This document shows positions 63,556 through 64,000 of a stretch of 64,000 nt of DNA, piece after piece (the first letter of the stretch is position 1; every line of letters begins with the position of its first letter). A model generated the notes under the pieces. The model ran no database searches, was not told the DNA's origin, and was given only the letters and a program-made list of their open reading frames with translations. Source of the stretch: Octopus bimaculoides (lineage: Eukaryota); NCBI RefSeq assembly GCF_001194135.2, contig NC_068984.1, positions 59,613,977-59,677,976 on the forward strand, read 5' to 3'. The position numbers were made by a program, and so were the translations under genes.

Positions 63556-64000
63556 TACATACATACACATACAACTGAAAGGGTTCTTATTGAGATAATA
63601 CAAAAGTAATTCCAGAGTACTTTACTAAGCGCTTATATTAAATTACATAACTTTTCCAGTGTCCAATAAAGTTTGTGGACCATCTCATCTGGTTTTTCAT
63701 TTTTTTAAAAATGGAGATGAGAAACTCAGAGAGAAGCAACAGAGAGGAACCCTCATCCTCAAATAAATGAAAAACCCTACATATACTAAATACTTTTTCT
63801 GGTTCTTCGTAAATTCAAATGCTTATCCACTGTAAGCTACAAATCTCAGTCTCTCCACCATTTATACCATTTGTGTAACACATACACACATATACATGTT
63901 TGTTTCTTAAACAATACACAAAGTAAAAAGAAAAGAAATGAGCTATAATGGAGTGAATACATAAAACCACAGGTATTCTGACTAAAAGAGGTAGGTAGGT

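Overview
AT-rich animal genomic DNA, most likely octopus/coleoid. The species call is an inference from the tRNA-derived SINEs, RTE-type LINE tails and dense CA/TA microsatellites. The main feature is the adenomatous polyposis coli gene (APC) on the minus strand. Seven coding exons (28692-28799, 27211-27439, 22380-22528, 20824-20941, 19145-19402, 15491-15592, 6403-14444) join in phase through GT-AG introns into a 9006-nt reading frame (3001 aa plus stop). It encodes ARM repeats, 15-aa and 20-aa beta-catenin repeats, the CID, SAMP repeats, a basic region, SxIP motifs and a C-terminal VTTV PDZ-binding motif. I found no exons for the APC N-terminal coiled coil in the 35 kb upstream. The rest is intronic or intergenic and holds many SINE and LINE 3' ends, three mariner/Tc1 relics, hAT-like and piggyBac-like MITEs, a 3.2-kb Ty3/gypsy element with both LTRs but no RT/RNaseH, two unrelated ~285-bp near-perfect palindromes and a 180-nt assembly gap. 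I see no convincing new multi-gene system. The best leads are the altered APC repeat architecture, the 8-kb exon, a candidate cassette microexon, the palindromes and the RT-less LTR element.
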